From IMG/VR virus record IMGVR_UViG_3300044511_000090, positions 10,145 to 74,144 of that record: a stretch of 64,000 bases of DNA; one strand, 5' to 3'. Numbering within the stretch: position 1 is the first letter of the stretch; each line of letters begins with the position of its first letter. Of this stretch, positions 46,832-56,165 are shown piece by piece. Position numbers and translations under genes: made by a program. The notes beneath the pieces are model-generated. The model saw only the letters and a program-made list of their open reading frames with translations, searched no databases and had not been told where the DNA came from. Origin of the DNA: a virus.

Positions 46832-47232
46832 ATGTTCGTTCTAACCAGGAAAAAGTCCGTGATGACTGAAACAGGATGGAAAAAACTCGGCCCAAACACC
46901 AAAGTTCTTTCATGGGACAGAGAAATTGATGCGCTGTCATACATGGTTGGCCTACCGCTTACTCACGACAAGAAACGAGGGGTTCTTGGGGCGGTGGTCA
47001 CGCCTGTAATTACAAAGGAGAAGTCCAAATGAAGCCGACTTGGGAAATGATTGGAGATGTTGGTGCTTACAACTACTCAAAAGGAGAAAAGGCTGGATAC
47101 CAATCTGGCCTTGACGACGGGATCAAGTCGATAGGAACAATCATAGGGACAGCCCTTGTTGGGGCTCTGTGCATTGTTGGGATCGCAACGCTAAATTCGT
47201 GGCTCAGCGGCGAATCAGAAGAAGCACGATAG
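46832..47232 (+). other. Two small genes (46832-47032; 47029-47232, membrane protein)
   Basis: RBSs and ATGA overlap. Confidence 0.6.
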
Positions 47233-47608
47233 TCGCCGCAAACGATACGCCAACCAGTAGGCCGAACAGGATTCGCCACTGGTTGGCGATTACATCTCTG
47301 ATCTTTGAATCAGTCGCGGAAATGAACTCTCTGCACATCAGTTCGCTTCGCAGATCGCTCAATATCACGTCCATGTCTACTTCGCTGAACGACACAGCCG
47401 GGATTCCTATTCGGTTCAGTTCATTGACAGTGGCATTGTGGAACAGCTTGCAAGACAGGATCACCGCGTCTGGTTTTTTTATTCGCGCGAACTCAACAGC
47501 TTCAGAGGCATTGTCAAAGTTGCCGTCAACTCCATACCCAAGATCAATGAGTTGCCGAACAAGCTGAAGCCTCTTTTTGTCATCACGCTCTGCAACAACC
47601 AGCTTCAT
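47204..47608 (-). CDS. Degenerate receiver (CheY-like) domain with a C-terminal membrane anchor
   Basis: KLVVAERD...LGYGV...NASEAVEFARIKKPDAVILS...IPAV; terminal TM helix. Confidence 0.7.
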   Translation of the reverse strand: MKLVVAERDDKKRLQLVRQLIDLGYGVDGNFDNASEAVEFARIKKPDAVILSCKLFHNATVNELNRIGIPAVSFSEVDMDVILSDLRSELMCREFISATDSKIRDVIANQWRILFGLLVGVSFAATIVLLLIRR

Positions 47609-48056
47609 CGTGTCCTCGCAAACTTTGGCTCGTCGGAATCATCTTTGATTTTCTTCGTGAATGGAATGTACCCGTTATTGGTCCGATTTTTTTTTTGGCG
47701 CTTCTTGGAAAGTTCTGAGAATATCTCGAACACCATCAGGATACTGCCCATGATGGTGAACGAGATGAGGAACAGTTTTATCGGGATGACAAGATCGGAG
47801 CTCATTTGCGTGCGCCTTATTTGGCAGGAATTTTGTGCGCAGACCCGTTCTTGTCAGAAGAGAGAGACGATCCCCAGGAATGCTGCCTCTTTTCCTGGAC
47901 CTCATACAGAACCGACTTCGCAAGCTCTTTGATTTTGAAAGACTTCTCTTTTTGAATGCGAGAATACTTGATCCATTGGAACATCCAGATTGCAGCAACG
48001 ATTCCCAGAATAATCCAGGACAAAAGATTAACGACTGTCGAGAAATCAGGATTCAT
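47605..48056 (-). other. Two small single-TM proteins (47605-47805, 47817-48056)
   Basis: N-terminal hydrophobic helix plus basic tail. Confidence 0.55.
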
Positions 48057-48337
48057 TTTCCACCGTCAGTTTTGAGGATGTCATGGATCACTTTCCAGTA
48101 TGCTTCAACGCTTTTGACTTCCAGCCGCATTTGATTTATTGAGTCGGAGACCTTTCCGCCAGTGTCTTCGATTCCAGAAGCAACTTCTTTGATCGCATCT
48201 GCCATATCCGAGATAGCTTCTCCGTGCTTCTCCTCTTGATGCCGATGATGCCTGAGAATCAGGTACAAACACACGATCCCAAACACGGCAGCAGCGCCTG
48301 ACGGACCAAGCGCGAGCAGCTTTTCTAGGATGTCCAT
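48053..48337 (-). CDS. Holin-like membrane protein
   Basis: One TM segment (GAAAVFGIVCLYLIL) followed by a coiled coil. Confidence 0.5.
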   Translation of the reverse strand: MDILEKLLALGPSGAAAVFGIVCLYLILRHHRHQEEKHGEAISDMADAIKEVASGIEDTGGKVSDSINQMRLEVKSVEAYWKVIHDILKTDGGK

Positions 48338-48496
48338 GATTTGTGACACTGATTCACTCACACGGGGTTTGTGCTGGTTCGTACAGATAGTTGCCAGGGA
48401 CAGAAGGAGGAACACATGATGTTCCAACAGGGCAAGCGTGCGGCCTCATTGGATCAACCGACCACTCTTCTCCGTCCCAAAACCATTCGCACTGGA

Positions 48497-48976
48497 TCAT
48501 TTTTGCCTCTTGAGCTTATCGACGTGTACTGAGCAGGCCATGTCTCCGCCTCGTTGACCGGCAATAAACTCGCCCATAGCGCCTTCTGTGTCGCCACGCT
48601 TTTTCAGTATCAGGCCGCGAATCAGATGGGCGCGATTGCGAGATGCTGAATCCAACAACAGAGGCCGTCGAGTGTAAAAGAATGCGCCTTCGTCGTCTCC
48701 AAGGTGCATACAGCATTCTGCCGAATCGAGGTCTCTGGAATGGTGCTTGAAGATTTTCAATGCTTCGGCGTATTCCCGCTTTGACATATGCAGGTTTGCC
48801 TTGCCTATGTCAGAAACCTTGACCTGTTCCATGCTTTGCACCAGTGGAAGTAGAACCACAAACGAAAGAAGCGATGCAGCAATGACTGCGGATCGCTTAG
48901 CTCTTATCGCAAGCCCGCACACGATGGCGGCAAATGCGATTCCGGCAACGATAACGGCGTGCTGCATGTCGAACAT
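48497..48976 (-). CDS. Membrane protein with a TPR-like C-terminus
   Basis: Two TM helices; AHLIRGLILKKRGDTEGA. Confidence 0.65.
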   Translation of the reverse strand: MFDMQHAVIVAGIAFAAIVCGLAIRAKRSAVIAASLLSFVVLLPLVQSMEQVKVSDIGKANLHMSKREYAEALKIFKHHSRDLDSAECCMHLGDDEGAFFYTRRPLLLDSASRNRAHLIRGLILKKRGDTEGAMGEFIAGQRGGDMACSVHVDKLKRQK

Positions 48977-49106
48977 TCGCCCCTGCTTATCGAGTCAGTG
49001 TCGGACAGTGGCTTGTAGCACTTCTTGCACTTCGGCTTGTTAGCACAGTCACAAGGCCAAGTGTTGAAGCAGTACAAACACACTGTCGGCGAAGGATCGT
49101 GCATAA

Positions 49107-49178
49107 TCGCAGAGGTGGGAATCGAACCCACTATCTGCTGGTTATGAGCCAGCCGAGATGCCAATTCTCTACTCTGCT
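49107..49178 (-). tRNA. tRNA-Met(CAT), initiator-like
   Basis: AGCAGAG...CTCTGCG-A acceptor with a 1:72 mismatch; GCTGG-CTCATAA-CCAGC; GTGGG-TTCGATT-CCCAC; CCA not encoded. Confidence 0.9.
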
Positions 49179-49255
49179 ACAGGCTTCTGGCCACTTCATT
49201 TCCTTTAAGCCAAGCGGCACTACTTCGGCGGTTCAAGACGAAGCTGAAGCCTGCA

Positions 49256-49282
49256 ATTTATAGGGATAAAATCAAGCAACTG
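49256..49282 (-). promoter_or_regulatory. Candidate late promoter CAGTTG-N11-CCCTATAAAT
   Basis: Motif shared with 53658-53685; also overlaps a TTGACA. Confidence 0.55.
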
Positions 49283-49298
49283 TCAAAGATAGGTAGGA

Positions 49299-49631
49299 CT
49301 AAGAGCCAAATGGCCCAACGTGCGGATAGTTCGGTTTGACTTGCTCGTGAAGGAATGCACCCTTGCTGCTGGCCTTCATCATTTCCTTGTACACTTCAAA
49401 AGGCGCAGATGTGTAAAAGTAAACGCTGCCACTGCCGTCTTTCGACTTGAACCAAACACCAAGTCCGTGCTTTACTTGGTCCTCTTCCTCAGACTTCCAG
49501 CAGATGTGCCCGATGTTGGAAGAACTAACCGGAGTCCAACTCGATGCCTGCTGCATCTGTTGGGCCTTGAACTTGGTTATCGAGTCCTTTCGGACGAGGC
49601 GACCGCCACGGAAAAATGGCTTCGTTGCCAC
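49299..49631 (-). CDS. KTSC-domain protein
   Basis: PVSSSNIGHI...LGVWF...Y.Y...P.EVY.EMMKASSKGAFL; GTG start after AGGAG. Confidence 0.85.
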   Translation of the reverse strand: MATKPFFRGGRLVRKDSITKFKAQQMQQASSWTPVSSSNIGHICWKSEEEDQVKHGLGVWFKSKDGSGSVYFYTSAPFEVYKEMMKASSKGAFLHEQVKPNYPHVGPFGS

Positions 49632-50083
49632 TATCGGATGCTCCTGACGTAGAACGAGTAATCGCCATAGGTCACAGTAGTTGAACCGTCCGTTACTTTC
49701 CAGTAACGACGCCACATTCCATCGGTGTCAAGATCGCTTGCCGATGTCGTGAATCCCCAAACATACGTCGATATGCTTGAGCCTGTCTTTGGGATGACAG
49801 TACCATCTGGCTTAACGAGGTACAAAGTCGCGGCAGTCAACACCCATGCCACGCCTCCCTTTGTGGTATTCGTCACCCGGAATCGCTTGATGTCGCCAAC
49901 GAAGTAAACACGAGAGTCTTTGATCATTCTGGCCCCCGTCTCCGTGTCTCCAACATTGAACGTATCGTCAATGTCGTAGTCAACGTCGAAAGTGTCGTCG
50001 ATGACCGGAATATCATCGGCCTCTTCGGTGTCCCAAGAGGAGCCCCATGACGAGCCCCAAGAGCTTCCCCATGTCGATGGCAC
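49631..50083 (-). CDS. Virion protein, BppU-like Ig fold
   Basis: WGSSWGSSW N-terminus; LVKPDG...SDLDTDG.W. Confidence 0.6.
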   Translation of the reverse strand: MPSTWGSSWGSSWGSSWDTEEADDIPVIDDTFDVDYDIDDTFNVGDTETGARMIKDSRVYFVGDIKRFRVTNTTKGGVAWVLTAATLYLVKPDGTVIPKTGSSISTYVWGFTTSASDLDTDGMWRRYWKVTDGSTTVTYGDYSFYVRSIR

Positions 50084-50086
50084 GTT

Positions 50087-52882
50087 TTACCCTGGACCCC
50101 AATAATTTCCAGACTGGCCATTCCCAGTTACGAGAACATCGTTACACCTTTGGATATTTGCGTCCACATGGCCTGCAACTGTGAACGTCAGGCTGTCTGT
50201 TTTGGCCTTGATTGCCACAATGCTCGAATTGGCCGTCAGAGCATCGTCGCATTCGCTCTGGACCTCGGCATCCCAACTTGGATTCCATGCCATCGAGTTC
50301 GAGGTAACAGTAAGCGTGTTGACCTGGAACGCGGCCGATGCCCCGCCATGCGAGACATTGGCCAACTGGACTGTCGGATTGCCGCTTGAAAGGGCATTTG
50401 GCGTCGAACCGACCCAAGAGCCGATGTCAACTCTTCCGAACGGCACAACGGCAAATGTGCTCGACGAATCAGGGTTTGTAGCCCAGTTCGGCTCAATGGT
50501 AGCAACTTTCGTTGAACCGACGTAATCGCTTACCCTTCGGCACTGCCCAGCGCCAGTTCCACCAGTGATGTAAACCCATGCGTCGTTGTAGTAGTCATCG
50601 GTCGAACTTGCCGAAGCATCCAGCGTGATTGTGCCAGCAGACCCGGTTTGAGCAGTGCTGCTCCTGATTGTCTGCAATCCGGTATCTGCCGCAAACGTAG
50701 CACGATCAATAGCCCCGTCTGCGATAGACGCAGCAGTGATTGCACCGGCAGCAAATGTGCCGACGTAGCAATCGACTCTTCCGCTTTGGAGAGAGTTCGG
50801 CGTAGTGCCAAGCCATGAGCCAACATCCACTCTTCCGAATGCTTTGATTGCAAACGTGCTGGTATTGTCTGGGTTGGTTGTCCAGTTCGGCTCAATCGTG
50901 GCAACTTTGGTAGAGCCGACGTAATCTGAGATTCGTCGAATCTGCCCAACTCCGGTGTTGGCCGTGATGTAGACCCACGTATCGTTGTAGTAATCGTCCG
51001 TAGAAGACGCACTTGCATCAAGCGTGATCGTACCAGCAGCGCCAGCCTGTGCTGTGTTGCTTCTCACGGTCTGCAAACCAGTGTCGGCAGCGAATGTGGC
51101 CCGGTCGATTGCGCCATCGGCAATCTCTGACGCACCAATTGCGTTGGCTGCAATTTGAGAAGCGCCGATGCAATCTGCTGCCAAAACGCTTGACGTGATG
51201 ACATTGTTTGCAGCCGCCTGCATGTTGCTGTCCATTCGGCCAGAAACCAGCGCCGCTGGCAACCTGCTCTGAATGTCTTGGGTATCGGTTTCGATGTCGA
51301 TTTCTTTGTCTCTGACCGCCTCAAGGCTGTCGGTCGTGTTGTCGTAGCTGCTGTAAGCCGGTGTTGCCGACTTGCTGTGCAGTTTCGCCCACAGCGAAGA
51401 GTTGGCAACAATGCTGCCAGGATCAGCCACTTGGATCAGGTGGTCAAGCTGAATATCGGACAAAGCAGTATCAACAGTGGCATTGATTTCCGCAATCGCA
51501 TCTGCTGCCAGAGCGTCGGCATCGATTGCGTCTGTTGCGATAGAAGCAGCCGTGATGCCTCCAGATGAAACAGAGCCGATAGAACCAGAAAGATTTCCGG
51601 TTATGTTTCCAGTGATGTTAGCTGTCATCGTATCATCAACAACAACCGTCGTTGTTCTAACTCCCTTGCCAGTTCCAGGTCCACCAGCACCACAAATTTG
51701 CAACCCATAAACACTTGCTGTGCCACCAAAAATATTTATCCCAACACCACCAGAACTTCCGCCTTGGAATAGAGCGCCTATTCCTGTTCCAGATGATGTC
51801 ACTTGCAAACCAGCAGTTCCACCACTAGCTGTAGATGAAATCGTCAATCCAGGAGTGGTGGTACTTGAAAATGTTGTCCCACCTGTTATCGCCAAAGAAT
51901 GGAGAGTAATAAGACCAGAAGAGACAACATTGTTGAAGTCCAATCCTGCCTCACCAGTCGAGGCCACATCCAGCGTCCTGTTCATTACAGTCGGCTTCAG
52001 TGCCCGATCAGCAATGATCGTCACGATGTCAGTCGTGGCCATCGTGAACACTGCCGGGTCTGTGCGAAGTGTGACAGTCTTCGTCGAGCCAGTGTAGTCA
52101 TCGACCACGGCGACAGCCTTCTGCGCGGCCGTGCTCGCGTCCTCGATCACGATGATGCAATCGTTGTAGGCGTCGTTGTCTGACGATCCCTCCGTGAGAG
52201 TGAACGACGTTTGACTTGCCAGCGTTGCAATCGTTGTTCGCTGCAAGACTTGGCCATATCCCGTACCGTCAAATTGCTTTTCAAGATTATCGGCAGCGGC
52301 TGTGTCTCCAGAGATAGCCGTCGCGTCCGAATCCATCTTGCCACTGACAAGCGCAGCAGGAAGCCTGGACTGAATATCCTGCGTGTCGGTTTCAACATCT
52401 GTTGCCGTCTTGACAGTTGTGCCGCTAAGAGTAACAGTCGTTGTCGGACTTCCAACATTTGCCCAATCGACACCGGCTTCACCGCCTGAAGAAACATCCA
52501 ACTTGCGGCCAGCAGTCGTTGGCCTCAGCGAATATCCAAGAGCAAGGTAGTACGTGAATCGAACAGTCTGTCCGTCCACTGTGATCGAATTGATATTCAC
52601 CCAGTATTGCGCGCCATCAGCCCAAAACCCGGCATCAGAATTATCCGACGTATCGATGCTGAATCCGTGAAGGCCAACCGTGCCATCAAAGTCGATGCCG
52701 TAAGTATCGAGAAGCGTGTATCCGTTGTCGCTGGTACGCTGAGTAGTTGAACCGTTTTTATAGCATTCTATGTCAGTTACAGCGAAATTTGTTATTGTAA
52801 CAGACGCACCGCTGCTGTCATAGGCATCAAACGGGAAATAGATTGTATCGCCTGAATTGAAGCAGGCTGGCATTACAAACAT
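50087..52882 (-). CDS. Tail fibre / large virion protein with internal duplications
   Basis: 931 aa, Ala/Thr/Ser/Gly-rich; 133-aa tandem duplication; IKAKTDSLTFT C-terminal motif. Confidence 0.8.
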   Translation of the reverse strand: MFVMPACFNSGDTIYFPFDAYDSSGASVTITNFAVTDIECYKNGSTTQRTSDNGYTLLDTYGIDFDGTVGLHGFSIDTSDNSDAGFWADGAQYWVNINSITVDGQTVRFTYYLALGYSLRPTTAGRKLDVSSGGEAGVDWANVGSPTTTVTLSGTTVKTATDVETDTQDIQSRLPAALVSGKMDSDATAISGDTAAADNLEKQFDGTGYGQVLQRTTIATLASQTSFTLTEGSSDNDAYNDCIIVIEDASTAAQKAVAVVDDYTGSTKTVTLRTDPAVFTMATTDIVTIIADRALKPTVMNRTLDVASTGEAGLDFNNVVSSGLITLHSLAITGGTTFSSTTTPGLTISSTASGGTAGLQVTSSGTGIGALFQGGSSGGVGINIFGGTASVYGLQICGAGGPGTGKGVRTTTVVVDDTMTANITGNITGNLSGSIGSVSSGGITAASIATDAIDADALAADAIAEINATVDTALSDIQLDHLIQVADPGSIVANSSLWAKLHSKSATPAYSSYDNTTDSLEAVRDKEIDIETDTQDIQSRLPAALVSGRMDSNMQAAANNVITSSVLAADCIGASQIAANAIGASEIADGAIDRATFAADTGLQTVRSNTAQAGAAGTITLDASASSTDDYYNDTWVYITANTGVGQIRRISDYVGSTKVATIEPNWTTNPDNTSTFAIKAFGRVDVGSWLGTTPNSLQSGRVDCYVGTFAAGAITAASIADGAIDRATFAADTGLQTIRSSTAQTGSAGTITLDASASSTDDYYNDAWVYITGGTGAGQCRRVSDYVGSTKVATIEPNWATNPDSSSTFAVVPFGRVDIGSWVGSTPNALSSGNPTVQLANVSHGGASAAFQVNTLTVTSNSMAWNPSWDAEVQSECDDALTANSSIVAIKAKTDSLTFTVAGHVDANIQRCNDVLVTGNGQSGNYWGPG

Positions 52883-52885
52883 TGC

Positions 52886-53083
52886 TTACCTCTGCTTCTG
52901 AAGCTCAGTGATCAGTTTGCCCTGTTCAGCAAGTTTCTCGTCTCGCATCTTTGCGTCTTGCCGAGCCTGAAGGTATCTGGCGGCAAGTTCGTCATGATCA
53001 GCCGACTTTAGCAATTCAAGGTTCTTGGCCCTGTTTGCCTTGAGTTCTGCAAAAGTCTGGTTCTCAATCTCTACAAAGTTCAT
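52886..53083 (-). CDS. Small coiled-coil protein
   Basis: GGAG RBS. Confidence 0.65.
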   Translation of the reverse strand: MNFVEIENQTFAELKANRAKNLELLKSADHDELAARYLQARQDAKMRDEKLAEQGKLITELQKQR

Positions 53084-53094
53084 CGCTGCTCCAA

Positions 53095-53637
53095 TCAGAT
53101 TTTTCCACCTAACTTGCCAGCGAACTTGCCAACAGTCTTCAAGACTCCGCCACCCGTGTAGTACACAGTCATCTGGACGTAATCGACCTTGGCAAGAAAC
53201 GCAAAACTATCGTAGAACATGCCGTATCCGACCTTGATTCCGTTAATCGTCGATCCTGAAGGAATCACACTGAAGTCGAAGTTCGTTGCCTTCAAGTATT
53301 CGGATGCGTTTACCCCGTCCCACACAGCAAGCACGCAGCCAAAGTTGCTTGCTTTCACCTGCGCCGCAGTAGGAGTAAGCCCCCAAAGAATCGCCGCTCC
53401 TCCGTAATTCAATAGCGTTTCGCTGCCCGGCAAAGCAGCCGCATTGTCAGATGCTCTGTTGTCTCCAGACACCGACCCGGAAACAACCAGTTTCACCACT
53501 TCTACGTCTGTCATCAGTGAAACAGTGGCATAAGAGCCATCGTCTGACGTAGCGTTGGTAGGGTTCGACCATGCGCTCGAACCGTGGCTGTTGTCACTTG
53601 CAAGTGTTCCTGGCGCTACTGTTCCAGTGTCAGCCAT
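53095..53637 (-). CDS. Virion protein, beta-rich
   Basis: AWSNPTNA...YGG...LWG...NFDFS.IPSGSTINGI. Confidence 0.7.
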   Translation of the reverse strand: MADTGTVAPGTLASDNSHGSSAWSNPTNATSDDGSYATVSLMTDVEVVKLVVSGSVSGDNRASDNAAALPGSETLLNYGGAAILWGLTPTAAQVKASNFGCVLAVWDGVNASEYLKATNFDFSVIPSGSTINGIKVGYGMFYDSFAFLAKVDYVQMTVYYTGGGVLKTVGKFAGKLGGKI

Positions 53638-53657
53638 TCCAAGCCCTCGTCGTTACC

Positions 53658-53685
53658 ATTTATAGGGCTAAGAAGAATACAACTG
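53658..53685 (-). promoter_or_regulatory. Candidate late promoter CAGTTG-N12-CCCTATAAAT
   Basis: Intergenic, about 20 nt before a start codon; shared with 49256-49282. Confidence 0.55.
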
Positions 53686-53845
53686 CAATTTGGGTACGAT
53701 CAGCCTAGTACGCCGTTGTCACAGAAAAACAAACGCCAATCAACACAGCCGATCCATCGGCAGCGCCAAGCAAAACACGGTTTTCAACTTCCCGATCTGT
53801 CGTATCGGCGATGCCATCAGGAACAATCGTGATGATCACGGCCTA

Positions 53846-55423
53846 TTACCTCTTCTTGTACCGGATGTACGAAGGCTTGCGAACTATTGTATCAGTGACG
53901 GCTGAGGAATTTTGAGCCCATTTGAATTGGAATGTTCCTGAATTCGCTCCGTTCTCGACAACCCAAGACTCTGTAAGAATGATCGAAGCCGCGCCGGGGC
54001 CGGTGGAAATCGAATTGTCCGATGTATCGAACGCCTCAATTGCAGTCATCCATGCTGAAGTCGCGCCGGTGTAGCCGTTGGAAATGTTTCGGAATATGCG
54101 AGTCGGTGCTGCCGGGCCGGTGACACGGTACTTGAACCCGGCAGTTCCGTCCGTCGTGACCAGAACCACAAGCTCAATGTCATAGATGCCGTTCGCGTCC
54201 ATCGTGAACGACAACGCATCATCGTTCACCAGCGTTGTCGAATTGTTGACTGTTTGTGTCTCGGCTGTCTTGCCAACGTATGTGCTTGCTCCTGAAGCCG
54301 CTGAACTTGATGCAAACGTGCCATCAGACTGCTGAATCAGCGTGTTTCCAGCACTGCCAGACGAAGAGATAATCTGCTCAGGAACAACAGAGCCAGTCCA
54401 CGGATACAAGATGCCGCCTGCTGGAGTTATTCCCCATTGTTGCTGGAAACGAGGGTCTTTGAATACAGGCGTAACTCCTCCCCTGATTGCACCACCGCCA
54501 AACGGGACCGGAATAGGCATTGGCGGGATCGGTGGCCACGGCGGAATTCCACCAACACCGCCACCGGGAGGTATCGGTATCGGCACTGGCGGGATCGGAG
54601 GCCAAGGCGGGATTCCGCCAACACCGCCGCCGCCGCCACCACCAGGAGGCCAAGGAATCGGGTTCGGCAGTATCGGCGGGATCGGGATAGGCACTGGCGG
54701 GATCGGAGGCCAAGGCGGAGGCATAGGTTGAGTGACAGGCGGAGTAATCCCGCTTTCAGGAGGAGGCATTGGAGGCAATGGCGGCGGAAGCGGGCATAAT
54801 GTCCATCCACAAGGATTCAGACTTGAAGGCGGATGTACAATCTCATACACCGAAGGACGGTAAGGCTTCTTTTGTGAATGATCACATCCAAGCAGCGGCC
54901 CAGGAAATGAAGTCCCATTTTCTGTACAACTTGACGACCAACATGGAACATATCCGCCAAGATGTTGTTCCCACCACCATACTGAGTAGCAGCAATTTGG
55001 ACATTTCCCACCGGGTCCAGGAATTGGGATTGGATTTGGCGAAGGATTTGGAGGATCAGGATCAGCGCCCCACGGCGTACAAGGCGCACATGCAGAACCT
55101 ATGATGTCGTACACATAGTCGGTGTACGTCGTAGTCGCGCCTCGAATCCGAAGCCAGACATAATCTCCAACATTGAAGCATCCACAATTCAAGTCAACAA
55201 CAAAGGCCGGGTTGCCGTCAGGTGCTGGGCCAGACGCACCCTCTCTGCCCATCGGATGATCGACGTAGACAAGCAAAGATGGGTCAAGGATAAGTTCGCG
55301 CCAACCATAAGGCGTGACGACGTTGCCGCCGATATCTGTGACATTCGCACCAACCGAGCGAATCTCGGCTAGGAATATGTCACCGGCTGGTTGAAGATTC
55401 GGGTCTAACCAAGGGAAACCCAA
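53846..55423 (-). CDS. Tail-region protein with Cys-rich and proline-rich repeat segments
   Basis: PPWPPIPPxPIP three times, poly-Gly; C-terminal beta domain (FQFKWAQNSS). Confidence 0.75.
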   Translation of the reverse strand: MGFPWLDPNLQPAGDIFLAEIRSVGANVTDIGGNVVTPYGWRELILDPSLLVYVDHPMGREGASGPAPDGNPAFVVDLNCGCFNVGDYVWLRIRGATTTYTDYVYDIIGSACAPCTPWGADPDPPNPSPNPIPIPGPGGKCPNCCYSVWWWEQHLGGYVPCWSSSCTENGTSFPGPLLGCDHSQKKPYRPSVYEIVHPPSSLNPCGWTLCPLPPPLPPMPPPESGITPPVTQPMPPPWPPIPPVPIPIPPILPNPIPWPPGGGGGGGVGGIPPWPPIPPVPIPIPPGGGVGGIPPWPPIPPMPIPVPFGGGAIRGGVTPVFKDPRFQQQWGITPAGGILYPWTGSVVPEQIISSSGSAGNTLIQQSDGTFASSSAASGASTYVGKTAETQTVNNSTTLVNDDALSFTMDANGIYDIELVVLVTTDGTAGFKYRVTGPAAPTRIFRNISNGYTGATSAWMTAIEAFDTSDNSISTGPGAASIILTESWVVENGANSGTFQFKWAQNSSAVTDTIVRKPSYIRYKKR

Positions 55424-55437
55424 GTATCACCACCAAA

Positions 55438-55460
55438 AATAGGCGCGCACAGCGCCTATT
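55438..55460. repeat. Dispersed palindrome, copy 5
   Basis: aataggcgc gcaca gcgcctatt at the end of a minus-strand gene. Confidence 0.9.
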
Positions 55461-55746
55461 AAATCTCAGGCCACTTTTTCAGTCCGCAATCCAAGCCGAT
55501 CCATCTCGACTTCCCTGCTCTGCCAAACACTGGATCACGATGAGGGATCATGTCAAGCCAACATCCGCACTCAGCGCATCGCCCATCGTCTTTTCTGTAC
55601 ATATCGCAACCTTGGCAAATCTTGAGCCGAACCTGAACACGTTCTTCGTCCAGCGGCCCTTTCTTGCGTATCGCTGAGGCAGCATAGTTCGCCGCCATCT
55701 GAAAGTCCGATGGCAACTGTTGACAGCCTGTGCATGGTTCGCTCAA
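55459..55746 (-). CDS. Cys-rich protein, DUF6171-like
   Basis: RLKICQGC...RCAECGC...K......C.LKKW. Confidence 0.7.
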   Translation of the reverse strand: MSEPCTGCQQLPSDFQMAANYAASAIRKKGPLDEERVQVRLKICQGCDMYRKDDGRCAECGCWLDMIPHRDPVFGRAGKSRWIGLDCGLKKWPEI

Positions 55747-56156
55747 GCGTAGACCTCTCCCTCGCCAACAAGTTCGTATGTGATGCCAACGTGCGTGCTC
55801 GCAATCAGAGTATCACTTGTTGTCGGCAATTCTACCTTGCCACCGATCAAGTAGCACATCCCATGAGGCGCAACAGTCGGCGGAGGCCCAGCGCCAGGAT
55901 CACCAGACGGAGGCACAATCGCATACCCAGCCAACTGCGCACGAGAGCCGTTCTTCTTGAACAGCTTGATGATGTCGGCAGCAGTAGCGGAAGTGCTCGT
56001 CGAGTTGTACTTGACGATGTAGACTTTCTTCCGGCCACTGGACGTTCCAGTAGCAAGAGTGGCGTATGTTCCAGTCGTGCCATCCCAATTAGTGTTGGCC
56101 ACGCTGACCTGCACTTGATCTGACGTTTCAGATGTTGGAAATCCTGGTCCTGCCAT
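55743..56156 (-). CDS. Virion structural protein
   Basis: ANTNWDGTTGT motif; late-operon context. Confidence 0.7.
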   Translation of the reverse strand: MAGPGFPTSETSDQVQVSVANTNWDGTTGTYATLATGTSSGRKKVYIVKYNSTSTSATAADIIKLFKKNGSRAQLAGYAIVPPSGDPGAGPPPTVAPHGMCYLIGGKVELPTTSDTLIASTHVGITYELVGEGEVYA

Positions 56157-56165
56157 GAATATCTC

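Noticed and set aside
47804-47822. Additional copy of the 23-bp palindrome (GCGTGCGCCTTATT)
   Set aside because: Only an imperfect half-site with no matching left arm.
49107-49178. Prophage attachment site at the tRNA
   Set aside because: No integrase, no duplicated tRNA 3' end, and no host housekeeping genes in the window.
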